Shown here one piece after another: positions 1 to 9,636 of a stretch of 44,736 nt of DNA; position 1 is the first letter of the stretch; every line of letters begins with the position of its first letter. The position numbers were made by a program, and so were the translations under genes. This DNA is from a virus. Lineage: Duplodnaviria; Caudoviricetes. Location: positions 1 through 44,736 of IMG/VR virus record IMGVR_UViG_3300036779_000059; one strand, given 5' to 3'. The notes below the pieces were generated by a model. The model was not told the DNA's origin, ran no database searches, and saw only the letters and a program-made list of their open reading frames with translations.

Positions 1-1
1 A

Positions 2-601
2 TCTGGTGTTCCGGCGCTCAATGTGCTGAATGCAGGTGGTTTGACTGCGTCTAACGTACTGGCCAACAGTTTTGCGCAAGGTTCAGGTACGACAGGTGTG
101 AACGGCTTGATTCAATATGGGCTGTTCGTGAACCAAGCACCAACGCAGTTGCAGGCGTCGCACGGGTACTTGCAGTTTGCGGCACCGGCATCATCGTTGT
201 CGACCAATATCTGGCTGCCAACCAATGTCATGATCGTCAATTTTGATCTGCACATTCTGGTTACGGTTGGCGCTGCGACGTCGCCGACACTATCGATCGG
301 TGCAGCGAACGCAAACAACGGCACAGCGACGCAGTTCGTCAATGTGATCCCGATTCCAACGGGCGCTGTTCAGATTCAGACGCAAGCGGCTGCAGGTTAT
401 CAAGTGGCCAATTTCCTGAACAGCGTGCTGAATCCGACCGGTAATCCGATGGCAGCATCGGCGTTGAACACGACTGCGAGCGGCATCACGCAGCCAGTGT
501 TTCAGATGACGGTACAACTTGGTGGTTCGTCGATCCCGGCGACATTTGCCATGTTCATCATCGTGGAGTACGTGTTCTTTGGCGACATCCAGAACTACTA
601 A
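2..601 (+). CDS. 5'-partial hypothetical virion protein
   Basis: Frame is open from position 2 to TAA 599-601; beta-rich composition; start of the structural operon. Confidence 0.6.
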   Translation, partial: SGVPALNVLNAGGLTASNVLANSFAQGSGTTGVNGLIQYGLFVNQAPTQLQASHGYLQFAAPASSLSTNIWLPTNVMIVNFDLHILVTVGAATSPTLSIGAANANNGTATQFVNVIPIPTGAVQIQTQAAAGYQVANFLNSVLNPTGNPMAASALNTTASGITQPVFQMTVQLGGSSIPATFAMFIIVEYVFFGDIQNY

Positions 602-602
602 G

Positions 603-1559
603 ATGCGCCGATACGACTCGGGCGGCAAGACAGATTCTTCGGCGTCCAAGCCGAAGTTTCAAAGTCGTGGCTTCGGCAGCCCTGGAGATCCGCGCTACGG
701 GAACACAGCTGCGCTGGATGAGGATGCGCCGATCCGTCGCGCGCCAGCTCCGGCGCCTGCTGCTTCGGCACCCGCGTACCCCGGTGAAACGTTCATCGAT
801 CGGATGGTCAGGAAGATGTCCAACGGCGACGATTCGTCGCAGCTTCAAGGAGGACAAGGTATGAAAAAAGGCGGCAAACCCAGTGGGAGCAAGAGACCCG
901 GTGGTGGCGGTTTGGGCGCCCTTGCAGCGCTTCAGGGCGCGATGGCGGGTGCAGGTGGAGCTGGTGGACCAGGAGGCGGCGGGATGCCGCCTCCAGGCAT
1001 GGGCGGGCCGCCTCCGGGGCCTCCTATGGGCGGACCGCCTCCTGGTGCGGGAGGACCGCCGCCTCCGGGAATGAAGCGAGGTGGTCACGTGAAAAAGATG
1101 AATGTAGGTGGTAAGCCGCATGAGGATGAGCCGATGCGGCAGGCCAAGCGCAAAGCCAAAGAACTGACAACCGAGCGCGGTATTGAACCCGAGGAGAAAG
1201 CTTCGGCTAAGGGCGAAATGAAGTACGCCCGAGGCGGTCGTGTGGGTGATGAAACGTATAACGCTGCAGGGCATATCGCCGGGCATCGCGGGCACGGCAA
1301 GCATGTAATTGGCGGTGAAGGCAAGCTCGATCTGACGCATCTTCACAAGGCGCATAGCGATCATGTGAAGAGTGTCAAGGTGTTCGCTAAAGGCGGCGTG
1401 GTGGTGAAAGGCAAAGCGCTGGATAAGCCCGATGGCGGCACTGCCAAGGAAGAAAAAGCTTCGGCTAAAGGCGAGATGCGTTACGCCCGAGGCGGTCACG
1501 TCAAGAGCTTTCCTCACGGCACCGAAACGAAAGGCAAGACGCGCGGGAAATACATCTGA
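603..1559 (+). CDS. Basic, Gly/Pro-rich low-complexity protein with repeated (F/Y/M)xxGG motifs; putative internal virion/DNA-binding protein
   Basis: ATG at 603, 1 nt after the upstream TAA; motifs YDSGG, MKKGG, MKRGG, MNVGG, YARGG x2, FAKGG; second in-frame ATG at 861 with AAGGAGG SD. Confidence 0.7.
   Translation: MRRYDSGGKTDSSASKPKFQSRGFGSPGDPRYGNTAALDEDAPIRRAPAPAPAASAPAYPGETFIDRMVRKMSNGDDSSQLQGGQGMKKGGKPSGSKRPGGGGLGALAALQGAMAGAGGAGGPGGGGMPPPGMGGPPPGPPMGGPPPGAGGPPPPGMKRGGHVKKMNVGGKPHEDEPMRQAKRKAKELTTERGIEPEEKASAKGEMKYARGGRVGDETYNAAGHIAGHRGHGKHVIGGEGKLDLTHLHKAHSDHVKSVKVFAKGGVVVKGKALDKPDGGTAKEEKASAKGEMRYARGGHVKSFPHGTETKGKTRGKYI
1191..1497 (+). repeat. 49-nt imperfect direct repeat (1191-1239 and 1449-1497) encoding EEKASAKGEM(K/R)YARGG
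   Basis: Seen directly in DNA and protein. Confidence 0.9.
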
Positions 1560-1981
1560 TGAGCAAAGGCGGCGGCCAGGGCGGTCAGACTGGCGGTTAC
1601 GGAGGTAAAGGTGGCTACGGCGGTGGTGGCTGGGGTGGCGGACAGTCACCCTGGCAGCAGCCTATGCAGCAAAGCTTCAGTCCGTGGAGCGGGATGCAGC
1701 AGCCGATGCAGCAGCCAATGTCGATGCAGCAACCGCTACAGCAACCGTCACCGTGGATGCAGAATCAGACGCAGCAGCCGATGCAGCAGCCGATGCAGCA
1801 GCCGATGATGCAACCACAGCAGCAGTTCAATGGATCGCCGTGGGGTGGCCCATCGCCATGGATGCAGAGCCCAATGATGGGCATACGGCCGATGATGGGC
1901 GGCATGCAGCAGATGCCAAGCAACACGCCGCAGCAGACATCGAGCACTCCGCAGGGGACTAGCGGTGTCCAAGGGCAGTAG
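1559..1981 (+). CDS. Q/P/M/G-rich low-complexity protein (QQPM repeats)
   Basis: TGATG coupling with upstream gene; repeated QQPMQ units. Confidence 0.7.
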   Translation: MSKGGGQGGQTGGYGGKGGYGGGGWGGGQSPWQQPMQQSFSPWSGMQQPMQQPMSMQQPLQQPSPWMQNQTQQPMQQPMQQPMMQPQQQFNGSPWGGPSPWMQSPMMGIRPMMGGMQQMPSNTPQQTSSTPQGTSGVQGQ

Positions 1982-2468
1982 CGGTCAAAAAGCGGGTGCT
2001 CCTGCTGGTTCGGTGCAAACGGGCGCGCCTTACGCGCAAGGCCAGCAAATGTACTCGCAACCTTATATGGCTGCAGGAATGAGTTCTGCGGGAGGCACGC
2101 CGTCCCCGGCGCCACAGGGGCAGTATCCAGGCCCTTACACGAACCAAGCGTTCAACCCGCAGCAAGGTTACAACCCGTTAGCGATGTTGGCAGGGATGCA
2201 GAACTACTACACTCCGATTCCGCAGCAGATGCCGCAATCGCCGTATCAAGCTGGGTATACGTACGGCGGCAATGCACCACCAGCCAATCCAGCACGGGGA
2301 ACTACGCTGCCTTTGGCGCCGATCCAGCCAAGTCAGTTGCCGTACAGTTCTGCACTGACGACAGCAATAGGATCGGGGTCGGGCGCGGGGCCTGCAGCAG
2401 CAAAACCAACTACTGGAACAGCGCTTCCTGGTAAAGGCGCTACCCCCGATCCAGGCGCCGGTACTTAA
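1965..2468 (+). CDS. P/Q/G/Y-rich low-complexity protein
   Basis: GTG start overlapping previous gene; fills gap to adaptor gene; MSKG N-terminus like its neighbour. Confidence 0.6.
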   Translation: MSKGSSGQKAGAPAGSVQTGAPYAQGQQMYSQPYMAAGMSSAGGTPSPAPQGQYPGPYTNQAFNPQQGYNPLAMLAGMQNYYTPIPQQMPQSPYQAGYTYGGNAPPANPARGTTLPLAPIQPSQLPYSSALTTAIGSGSGAGPAAAKPTTGTALPGKGATPDPGAGT

Positions 2469-2471
2469 CTC

Positions 2472-3182
2472 ATGGCGACCAGTGGAACAACAGCATTTGA
2501 CCTTCCACTAACTGATCTCGTAGCTGAAGCCTTCGAGAGAGCAGGAAGTGAATCTCGTAGTGGCTACGATCTTCGTACGGCTCGTCGTAGTCTTAACTTG
2601 CTGTTGGTTGATTGGGCGAATCGCGGCGTCAATCTCTGGACGATCAATTTCAACACGCTTGTTCTGACGCCAGGAGTTCCCACTTACGTGCTGCCGGATC
2701 CCATGGTGGATTTGATCGAGCACGTGATTCGAACGCCGCAAGGTGCAAATCCTTCCGATCTGACGATCAGTCGGATTTCGATCTCGACTTACGCCACGAT
2801 CCCAAATAAGACGTCGCCCGGTCGCCCGATTCAGATTCTGGTATCGCGCGGAACAATTTCAGGTACGACGCCTTCTGACAGTGGTGTGACCGTCACGGTG
2901 TGGCCGGTACCGGACACTGCGTCGACGTACACGCTGGCGTATTGGTTTCTGCGTCGGATGCAGGACGCAGGACCAACAGGAACGAATTCGCAAGACATTC
3001 CGTATCGTTTCCTGGAGCCGATGGCTGCAGGACTGGCGTACATGATTGCGATGAAAATTCCCGAAGGGCTTCCTCGAATACCGATGCTGAAGCAGGCGTA
3101 TGAGGAGGTGTGGCAGCGCGCGAGTGATGAAGACCGTGAAAAAGCGCCTGTTCGGTTTATACCGCGCATTGGGATGCTCTGA
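2472..3182 (+). CDS. Head-tail adaptor / tail tubular protein (P22 gp4 / T7 gp11-like)
   Basis: N-terminal LVAEAFERAG...ARRSLNLLLVDWANRG helical pattern and VWPVPD motif typical of podophage adaptors. Confidence 0.7.
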   Translation: MATSGTTAFDLPLTDLVAEAFERAGSESRSGYDLRTARRSLNLLLVDWANRGVNLWTINFNTLVLTPGVPTYVLPDPMVDLIEHVIRTPQGANPSDLTISRISISTYATIPNKTSPGRPIQILVSRGTISGTTPSDSGVTVTVWPVPDTASTYTLAYWFLRRMQDAGPTGTNSQDIPYRFLEPMAAGLAYMIAMKIPEGLPRIPMLKQAYEEVWQRASDEDREKAPVRFIPRIGML

Positions 3183-3523
3183 TGCCACAACCATTTGCAG
3201 CGGGCGAACGTGCATTTGCATTTTGCGACCGCTGCGGTTTTCGCTACCCGTTAGGAGAGTTGCAGTTTGAAGTTGTGAAGTTGAAGCGTACAGGATTGAA
3301 AGTGTGTCCCACATGTTTCGATCCTGATCATCCACAGCTGCAGCTCGGAATGTATCCAGTGGAAGACCCTCAAGCGTTGCGTGAACCACGTGTCGACGTG
3401 AACCGTAACGTGAGCAACGCCGTAATTTTTCAGCCCGGTAGTTCGCCTTTTCCTGTTGTTGGAGCCACGGTTGGATGTCCTGCAGGTGCAGCTGTGGGCA
3501 AAGTAAGAGTCGTCATCGTTTGA
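3182..3523 (+). CDS. Zn-ribbon protein (CDRCG...CPTC)
   Basis: Two CxxC motifs; TGATG coupling. Confidence 0.75.
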   Translation: MPQPFAAGERAFAFCDRCGFRYPLGELQFEVVKLKRTGLKVCPTCFDPDHPQLQLGMYPVEDPQALREPRVDVNRNVSNAVIFQPGSSPFPVVGATVGCPAGAAVGKVRVVIV

Positions 3524-3534
3524 AGGAGTTGATC

Positions 3535-3702
3535 ATGGTTGATTGTGCGAAAGAAGAAAAGAAGGAAAAAGAGCCCAAGGGTTTCAAACGTGGTGGTCGT
3601 GTGCGGCACCATGCAAGTGGTGGCATCAGTCAGGAGTCGTTGAAGAAACTCGGTCGAGGGCTTGCAAAAGCCGAGATGTACAAAACTGGTCGGGGGCGGT
3701 GA
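3535..3702 (+). CDS. Small basic protein with FKRGG and HASGG motifs
   Basis: AAGGAG SD upstream of ATG 3535. Confidence 0.65.
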   Translation: MVDCAKEEKKEKEPKGFKRGGRVRHHASGGISQESLKKLGRGLAKAEMYKTGRGR

Positions 3703-3881
3703 TGACCAAGGGCAAATCACCTCCGGGTGAGTACATCGAGGATTATAAAGATCAGCCGAAGGATTGTGAAAACGGCAAGGTCAGTGGATATCCGGCGACG
3801 GGTGTGAAGACCAGCGGCTGGCCCCGGCGTGGAGTGAACGCACAAACCAAGGCCAAGACAGCGCGCGGACCGAAGTGCTAG
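3702..3881 (+). CDS. Small basic hypothetical protein
   Basis: TGATG coupling; C-terminal TKAKTARG resembles TKGKTRG at the end of 603-1559. Confidence 0.6.
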   Translation: MTKGKSPPGEYIEDYKDQPKDCENGKVSGYPATGVKTSGWPRRGVNAQTKAKTARGPKC

Positions 3882-4517
3882 ATGAATTACACACAACTAA
3901 CAGCGGCGATTCAGGATTGGAGCGAGACGGCGGAGGCGTCGTTTGTTGCGCATATTCCTGATTTCGTACAGGACGCAGAGAAGCGTATCTATAACGCGGT
4001 TCCTACGCTGTCGACGCGCAAGAACGCGTCTGGTGTGTGCACCATTAACTTTCCGTATTTGACAGTGCCGACAGATTGGATTGCGCCGCTGTCGCTGTCG
4101 TACATCGATGCAACAGGCAACTACCATTGGTTGGAGAACAAGGAGCCGGATTTCATTCGAGAGGCGTATCCGAATCCGACGACGTACGCACCTCCGTTGC
4201 ACTACGCGCTGTATGACATCGTGACTATCATTCTTGGTCCAACACCGGACTTTGGTTACTCGATGGAGTTCAACTATTTCGGGTACCCCGTCAGTATTGT
4301 GACGGCGGGCAATACGTGGATCGGAGATAACTTTGATCCAGTGCTTTTGTACGGCTCTTTGGTGTATGCCTACACGTTTCAGAAAGGTGAACAGGAGCTG
4401 ATTACGACGTACGAAAAACTGTTTCAGGACGCGTTAGCGGAACTGAAAGTGCTGGCGGAAGGCAAGCAAACGCGCGATTCGTTTAGAAGCGGGCGTACCC
4501 GCGTGCAGGTGCCTTGA
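3882..4517 (+). CDS. Second adaptor / tail tubular protein
   Basis: MNYTQLTAAIQDW...FVQDAEKRI N-terminus, LGPTPD and LLYGSL motifs typical of podophage adaptor proteins. Confidence 0.7.
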   Translation: MNYTQLTAAIQDWSETAEASFVAHIPDFVQDAEKRIYNAVPTLSTRKNASGVCTINFPYLTVPTDWIAPLSLSYIDATGNYHWLENKEPDFIREAYPNPTTYAPPLHYALYDIVTIILGPTPDFGYSMEFNYFGYPVSIVTAGNTWIGDNFDPVLLYGSLVYAYTFQKGEQELITTYEKLFQDALAELKVLAEGKQTRDSFRSGRTRVQVP

Positions 4518-4945
4518 TGGCTATCGTGCAAGCGTTTTGCAATTCATGCAAGGCAGAGATTCTGGAGGGAATTCATAACTTCTCGAATCCAGGCGGCCAC
4601 ACATTTAAGGTAGCTCTTTACACAGCTTCGGCGAACCTCGATGCGACAACAACAGCGTACAGCGCGACGAATGAAGTTTCGAGTACGAACTATACGGCAG
4701 GCGGTGCGACGCTTGCATCGGTTACTCCTGCTCTGGTCAGTGGAGTGGCTGTTATTACCTTTACCAATGTCACGTGGACTTCGGTTACGTTTTCAGCCCT
4801 TGGCGCAGTCATCTACAACACCTCCGCCGCCAATCGTGCGATCTGTGTTTTGAATTTCGGCACGGTGCAGACAGCAGCGAGCCAGAATTTCACGATTCAG
4901 TGGCCGACAGCGGATAACGTGAACGGCATTTTGAGGATCGCGTAG
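4517..4945 (+). CDS. Virion structural protein (tail-associated beta-sandwich)
   Basis: FKVALYT...NEVS...YTAGG motifs; coupled start. Confidence 0.65.
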   Translation: MAIVQAFCNSCKAEILEGIHNFSNPGGHTFKVALYTASANLDATTTAYSATNEVSSTNYTAGGATLASVTPALVSGVAVITFTNVTWTSVTFSALGAVIYNTSAANRAICVLNFGTVQTAASQNFTIQWPTADNVNGILRIA

Positions 4946-5209
4946 ATGCCGGTCAGTGGTTCCATCAGTCAGGTGTATACGATTACGTCGTTTCGAGTTG
5001 ATCTTGTGGCGATGTCGTTGGTCATAACGATGTCGAGAACAGTTGGCGGCGTAGTGGCGGCACCAGTAGAGTTCAATGCAGATCCCGTTGACGTACAGGG
5101 ATTCCTTAACAGCGATCCGGATGGGTCCACCACGCGTTTGCTTGATTGGACGAACGCGATCTACAACTACGCCATCACAAAAGGATGGATAACAGGGACG
5201 CTCTCATGA
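4946..5209 (+). CDS. Hypothetical protein
   Basis: Abuts neighbours in the operon. Confidence 0.6.
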   Translation: MPVSGSISQVYTITSFRVDLVAMSLVITMSRTVGGVVAAPVEFNADPVDVQGFLNSDPDGSTTRLLDWTNAIYNYAITKGWITGTLS

Positions 5210-5373
5210 AACTGGATCTTTCGCCTTTGACAGTCGACACCATTGGTGTAGCTCTGCAGCTTCAAATGCAAGCAACAGCATCGGCTTTGAATGAAGTACA
5301 GGCTGCTGCGAAAGCTTGGAATGCTGTGGAAAACGCTGCACAACCGAACGGTGTTAAGCAACCTGTCGAGTAG
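5206..5373 (+). CDS. Small helical hypothetical protein
   Basis: ATGA overlap; MKLDLSPLTVDTIG... Confidence 0.55.
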   Translation: MKLDLSPLTVDTIGVALQLQMQATASALNEVQAAAKAWNAVENAAQPNGVKQPVE

Positions 5374-5378
5374 AAGCG

Positions 5379-5579
5379 GTGTCGACCACCTGGGCGTCGG
5401 TAGCTGACACGCAAACACCTGGATGGGCGTCTGTAACAGGGTCTAGTTCGCCTGCATGGAGTGCAGTATCAACTATGAGCACGCCTGGATGGGGCGCTGT
5501 TGCGACGTCGAGCGTACCAGGATGGGCTTCTGTAGCTGATACAGGCAGTCCAGGTTGGGCTCCTGTGGTCGATCAATGA
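5379..5579 (+). CDS. Peptide of six 11-aa Trp-anchored repeats (WxxVxxxxxPG)
   Basis: GTG start; strict 11-residue Trp periodicity. Confidence 0.6.
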   Translation: MSTTWASVADTQTPGWASVTGSSSPAWSAVSTMSTPGWGAVATSSVPGWASVADTGSPGWAPVVDQ

Positions 5580-5587
5580 GGTAAAAA

Positions 5588-7396
5588 ATGCCGACTACTT
5601 ACAGCCCACTTCTTCGTCTTGCGCTACCTGCTACTGGCGAAGACACCGGTACGTGGGGCACCATTGTAAACAGCAACATTACGGCGATGGAAGAAGCGGC
5701 TATCGCTGGAATGGGCGCGGTTGTGATGGGGTCGGACGCCAACTACACGTTGACGACAAACAACGGTGTGGCAGATGACGCGCGCAATGCAATTTTGAAA
5801 ATTACGTCTTCGGTGTCGTTGACGGCAACGCGCAATATCGTGATGCCTAATTTGACGAAGATGTACGTGGTGTGGAACTCGACAACAGGTGGTCAATCTC
5901 TGACATTTACTTCGGGGGCTGGCACTACTGTTACGGTACCAAACGGATTGACGTCGGTGATTTTCAATGACGGCGCAACTAATACTTACTCTGCGCCAAC
6001 AAGTTTTTCTACTCTGACGGTAACTGGAGCCCTGTCTGCATTGACAGGTGTAATAACTGGCGTTGCCTCGACTTTCAACATGCTCCAGGTTGGGTCGGGC
6101 AGCACAACTCTTAACGGCGTCATCATAGGTAACCAAACCTCAGGACAGAGCGCCATCTGGTCGACAGCGGTCACGCCGTCCACTACCAATTGGGGGGTGA
6201 GGTTTGGATCTGCCGTAACACGTATCGGCGGCACGACCGGTGCGGCCATGACTGTCAACGGCGGCACTGACATTGTTGCCGTCACTGCTGCTGGCATGGC
6301 CGTCACCGGACCCTCAACGCTCACCGCATCGAGCGGTGTCGCTCTCACGGTCACCGGCCCATTTGGTTCGAATATAACGAATTGGGCGTCGACTGGAGGC
6401 ACCACGGCTGGCGCTGCCCACGTTGGATTCGATACCAACGGCAATACGTTCTTCACAACAGACACCGCTAGCACGTCGCTGACGCTTGGCTCTTTTTCCG
6501 CCACCACGACTTGCAATATCACCACTGCCGGTTCACAGCGTATCAATGTGGCCGCCAGCGGCGCGGTTGTTATCAACGCCCCGACCGCTGCCGTTGCGTT
6601 CACTGTCACTGGCGTTTCCGGATCTGACATTACAGACTTCGGTGCCAACTACAACGGCATCGCCAATGTAGGCATTGCCAACAGCAGCACAGGCGCGTCA
6701 TCTGAAGCTCGCCTTTCATTCAATACCGGCACTGCTAACTCCAGCATGCTGTTGCGGCAGATCGACTCTGCCGGATCGCCCAGCTCTCAGATTTACATGG
6801 CGGCGGCTGTCAACTTCTTCAGCATCTTGATGAACAACGGCACGGCCGCCTTTCAGATCACGAAGAACGGCGATGTCAGTTTCAATCCAACCGTCACTGC
6901 TCTTGCCACAAGCGCTACGCACGGCTTCACCTATCTGCCGATTTGTGCCGGTATACCGACTGGGGTGCCTGCGACGACGTGGGCGGGCTCGATTCCATTT
7001 GTGTATGACAGCACCGATGGATCGTTGAACGCTTATTTCACGCCAAGTGCGGGTACTGCTGGGTGGATGTCTGCTTGCGGTGTAATGCCGCAGAACTCGC
7101 AGGCCGGTAACTACACATTCAAGATTAGCGACATCGGCGGTTCAACCGACAGTGCCAACACGGGTGCTGCCACGTTCACGATCCCGGCCAACGCAACCAC
7201 GGCGTTCCCGATCGGCGCGGTGTTGCATGGTGGTAATTTCGGAACTACGGCTCTATCGATTGCCATCACAACAGATACATTGACGCTTGCTGGAACGTCA
7301 ACGACTGGCACGCGTACAGTGGGAGTGAACGGAGCGTATACGCTCCGGAAATACGCTGCTACTAAGTGGTTTATCACCGGGCCAGGGGTGTCTTGA
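5588..7396 (+). CDS. Tail fibre protein
   Basis: GAGG SD; N-terminal LRLALPATGEDTGTWG anchor; T/G/S/A-rich shaft; C-terminal TIPANATTAFPIG...KWFITG domain. Confidence 0.8.
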   Translation: MPTTYSPLLRLALPATGEDTGTWGTIVNSNITAMEEAAIAGMGAVVMGSDANYTLTTNNGVADDARNAILKITSSVSLTATRNIVMPNLTKMYVVWNSTTGGQSLTFTSGAGTTVTVPNGLTSVIFNDGATNTYSAPTSFSTLTVTGALSALTGVITGVASTFNMLQVGSGSTTLNGVIIGNQTSGQSAIWSTAVTPSTTNWGVRFGSAVTRIGGTTGAAMTVNGGTDIVAVTAAGMAVTGPSTLTASSGVALTVTGPFGSNITNWASTGGTTAGAAHVGFDTNGNTFFTTDTASTSLTLGSFSATTTCNITTAGSQRINVAASGAVVINAPTAAVAFTVTGVSGSDITDFGANYNGIANVGIANSSTGASSEARLSFNTGTANSSMLLRQIDSAGSPSSQIYMAAAVNFFSILMNNGTAAFQITKNGDVSFNPTVTALATSATHGFTYLPICAGIPTGVPATTWAGSIPFVYDSTDGSLNAYFTPSAGTAGWMSACGVMPQNSQAGNYTFKISDIGGSTDSANTGAATFTIPANATTAFPIGAVLHGGNFGTTALSIAITTDTLTLAGTSTTGTRTVGVNGAYTLRKYAATKWFITGPGVS

Positions 7397-8535
7397 TGTC
7401 TGGCATTACGGGGGTCGTGCAGTTGTACCCTTCTCTCTATATCACTACTCAGCCATCAGCGGTTTCGGGCTCTGGTGCGCTTGGATCGCCATCGGGTACG
7501 GGTACGACAAGTTCGACGTCGGTAACTGTGGGCGGCGGAACTGGTGTCTATACATATTCGTGGAGCATCACTAACACGGTTGGCACGGGCACGTTGACGG
7601 CTGCATCTTCTCAATCGACAGCGGTTCAATCAACTGTGAATGCCGCTAGTACGAATAGCGGTACGATTAAATGTACGGTATCGGACGGCGTGTCAAGCGT
7701 CGTTTCCAACTCTGTTGCGTGGAGTGAGCAGAACACATCCGTTCTCAGAACTTCTATTCCGTTGACTATCAGCGCATCAACCAATACACCGTACAACATC
7801 TTCTCCAACAAGGGAGGTACATACGCTGCCGGTACATCGGACATCACGCTAACGGTTAACAGCGGCGTAATTCAGGGCAGCAACACGACAGCAACCGCCG
7901 CCATAGACACTGGTACCGGATGGACTGCTGGTGACACCATTACTGTGGTGGCCACCGGCACCGTAGAGGGAATGGGCGGCGCTGGTGGCAATGGTGGCGG
8001 CGCATCGACGAACGGAAATTCTGGCAGCGCTGGCGGTCACGCCATCAACATGCAATTTGCAATGACTCTGTCTGGTGCGGGCACTGTTGGCAGCGGCGGA
8101 GGCGGTGGTGGCGGCGGAGGCGGTGACACCTTGTGCGGTGGGGGCGGCGGGGGCGTAGGCGCAGGTGGATCTGGCGGTTCAGCAGGCACTGGTGCTTCCA
8201 GCACTCACTCGGGTTCTAACGGCATAGCACAGACCAGTCAATCTTCATCTGGCACCAACGGTGGACTGGGCGGTGCTAACGGCGGCACAAGCCACATTGG
8301 CTCTGGCGGCGCTGCGGGTGTTGCTGGTGGAAGTGCTGCTGGCTCCAGTACGAATATTGCGGCTGGCGGAGGCGGTGGTGGCGGCGGACTTGGGGCTGCT
8401 GGAGGCGGAGGCGGCGCGTCCTTCAACACCGGTAATACGGGTGGTAGCAACGGGGCTGCTGGCAACGCCGTCAATAAGAACGGCAACACACTCACCAACA
8501 GTTTCTCCGGTACGACATACGGGGCTATAGCGTGA
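7396..8535 (+). CDS. Glycine-rich tail fibre / receptor-binding protein
   Basis: TGATG coupling; long poly-Gly tracts in the C-terminal half. Confidence 0.75.
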   Translation: MSGITGVVQLYPSLYITTQPSAVSGSGALGSPSGTGTTSSTSVTVGGGTGVYTYSWSITNTVGTGTLTAASSQSTAVQSTVNAASTNSGTIKCTVSDGVSSVVSNSVAWSEQNTSVLRTSIPLTISASTNTPYNIFSNKGGTYAAGTSDITLTVNSGVIQGSNTTATAAIDTGTGWTAGDTITVVATGTVEGMGGAGGNGGGASTNGNSGSAGGHAINMQFAMTLSGAGTVGSGGGGGGGGGGDTLCGGGGGGVGAGGSGGSAGTGASSTHSGSNGIAQTSQSSSGTNGGLGGANGGTSHIGSGGAAGVAGGSAAGSSTNIAAGGGGGGGGLGAAGGGGGASFNTGNTGGSNGAAGNAVNKNGNTLTNSFSGTTYGAIA

Positions 8536-8834
8536 TTGCAGCTATTTTAAAATGGTTGGCTGGAGCGCGCTGGCGTGCCAGTGTGCTGCATTTGTTGGAG
8601 ATGTGGGTGGTGGCGTTGCCGACGTGGGCTACTACGCAGAGTCGTCCAGCAGCGGCTAGTGCCGTCATTGCATGGTATTGGTCTCGAAAGATGACGGAGA
8701 TGCGCGCTTTGGCAAGTCCTGGTGATCTACTTAAAGCGTGGAACGTGGGTTGGTTTCCGTGGTTGTGGCCATGGCCGATGCAACTAGATTTTTACGTGCC
8801 CGCCTTGGCGGCGCTGATACTGGGGTTGGTGTGA
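8532..8834 (+). CDS. Trp-rich membrane protein
   Basis: GTGA overlap; hydrophobic segments. Confidence 0.55.
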   Translation: MIAAILKWLAGARWRASVLHLLEMWVVALPTWATTQSRPAAASAVIAWYWSRKMTEMRALASPGDLLKAWNVGWFPWLWPWPMQLDFYVPALAALILGLV

Positions 8835-9196
8835 TCGTAGGAGTAGAGATCATAGCTACGGTGTACATTTTCTGGATGCTGTACATCGTGTACGCGGGTG
8901 CGTACAGCGCGTGGGACAAGTTGACGATACCTGTGCGCTGCGCGTTGTTGCCGATGCTGGCGCCGTTTGCGCTTATCGATGTCACGGTCAATCTGACGTT
9001 AGGCAGCGTGGTGTTCCTGGCGCCGCCCCCACCGTTTTTGCACTGGGAGGCGTTTCGACAGCCGTACTATTGGTCGCTGACCCATCGATTGACGATTTAC
9101 AAGAACAACATCAGCCCCGGTGGATGGCGGCGAATGTTGGCTACGTGGATCTGCATGAAGGTGCTGGATCCTTTCCAACATGGACACTGTATGTAA
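8831..9196 (+). CDS. Membrane protein
   Basis: GTGA overlap; two or three hydrophobic helices; next to lysozyme. Confidence 0.6.
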   Translation: MIVGVEIIATVYIFWMLYIVYAGAYSAWDKLTIPVRCALLPMLAPFALIDVTVNLTLGSVVFLAPPPPFLHWEAFRQPYYWSLTHRLTIYKNNISPGGWRRMLATWICMKVLDPFQHGHCM

Positions 9197-9201
9197 GCGC
9201 T

Positions 9202-9636
9202 ATGAACATCCTTGAGCAGTTGGAGCGGGACGAAGGTAAGCGCTACGATCTGTACGACGACGCTACGAGCGTGTCGATCAAAGCAGGTAGCGTGGTGAAA
9301 GGCAATCCGACGATCGGCGTGGGGCGTGATTTGGCTGCTAACCCACTGTCAGAAGGCGCCGTGCAGTATCTCCTGCAGGAGGACGTGCACATTATTCAGG
9401 AAGCACTGAGCCAGTTTGCGTGGTTTACAGCGCTGGACATGATACGACAGGGAGCTGTGATCAACGTCGCGTTCAATGACGGTATACACGGACTGTTGCA
9501 CTATCCGCACATGATTGCTGCTCTGGCACGTAGCGATTGGCCTATTGCCGCACAGGAGTGCACCAGCAGCGACCCACGATTGACGGCGCGCTATGCGCGG
9601 TTGGCACAGCAAATTCTTACTGGGGAATGGCGATGA
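9202..9636 (+). CDS. Endolysin, T4-type lysozyme (GH24)
   Basis: LERDEG...YDD...PTIGVGRDL catalytic E/D/T pattern. Confidence 0.85.
   Translation: MNILEQLERDEGKRYDLYDDATSVSIKAGSVVKGNPTIGVGRDLAANPLSEGAVQYLLQEDVHIIQEALSQFAWFTALDMIRQGAVINVAFNDGIHGLLHYPHMIAALARSDWPIAAQECTSSDPRLTARYARLAQQILTGEWR

Noticed and set aside
5588-8535. Diversity-generating retroelement or invertible tail-fibre cassette
   Set aside because: No reverse transcriptase, invertase, template/variable repeat pair or flanking inverted repeats were seen.
9627-9635. Lambda S-type dual start (Met-Ala-Met) on the holin
   Set aside because: No charged residue in the extension; ATG 9633 is explained by ATGA coupling.
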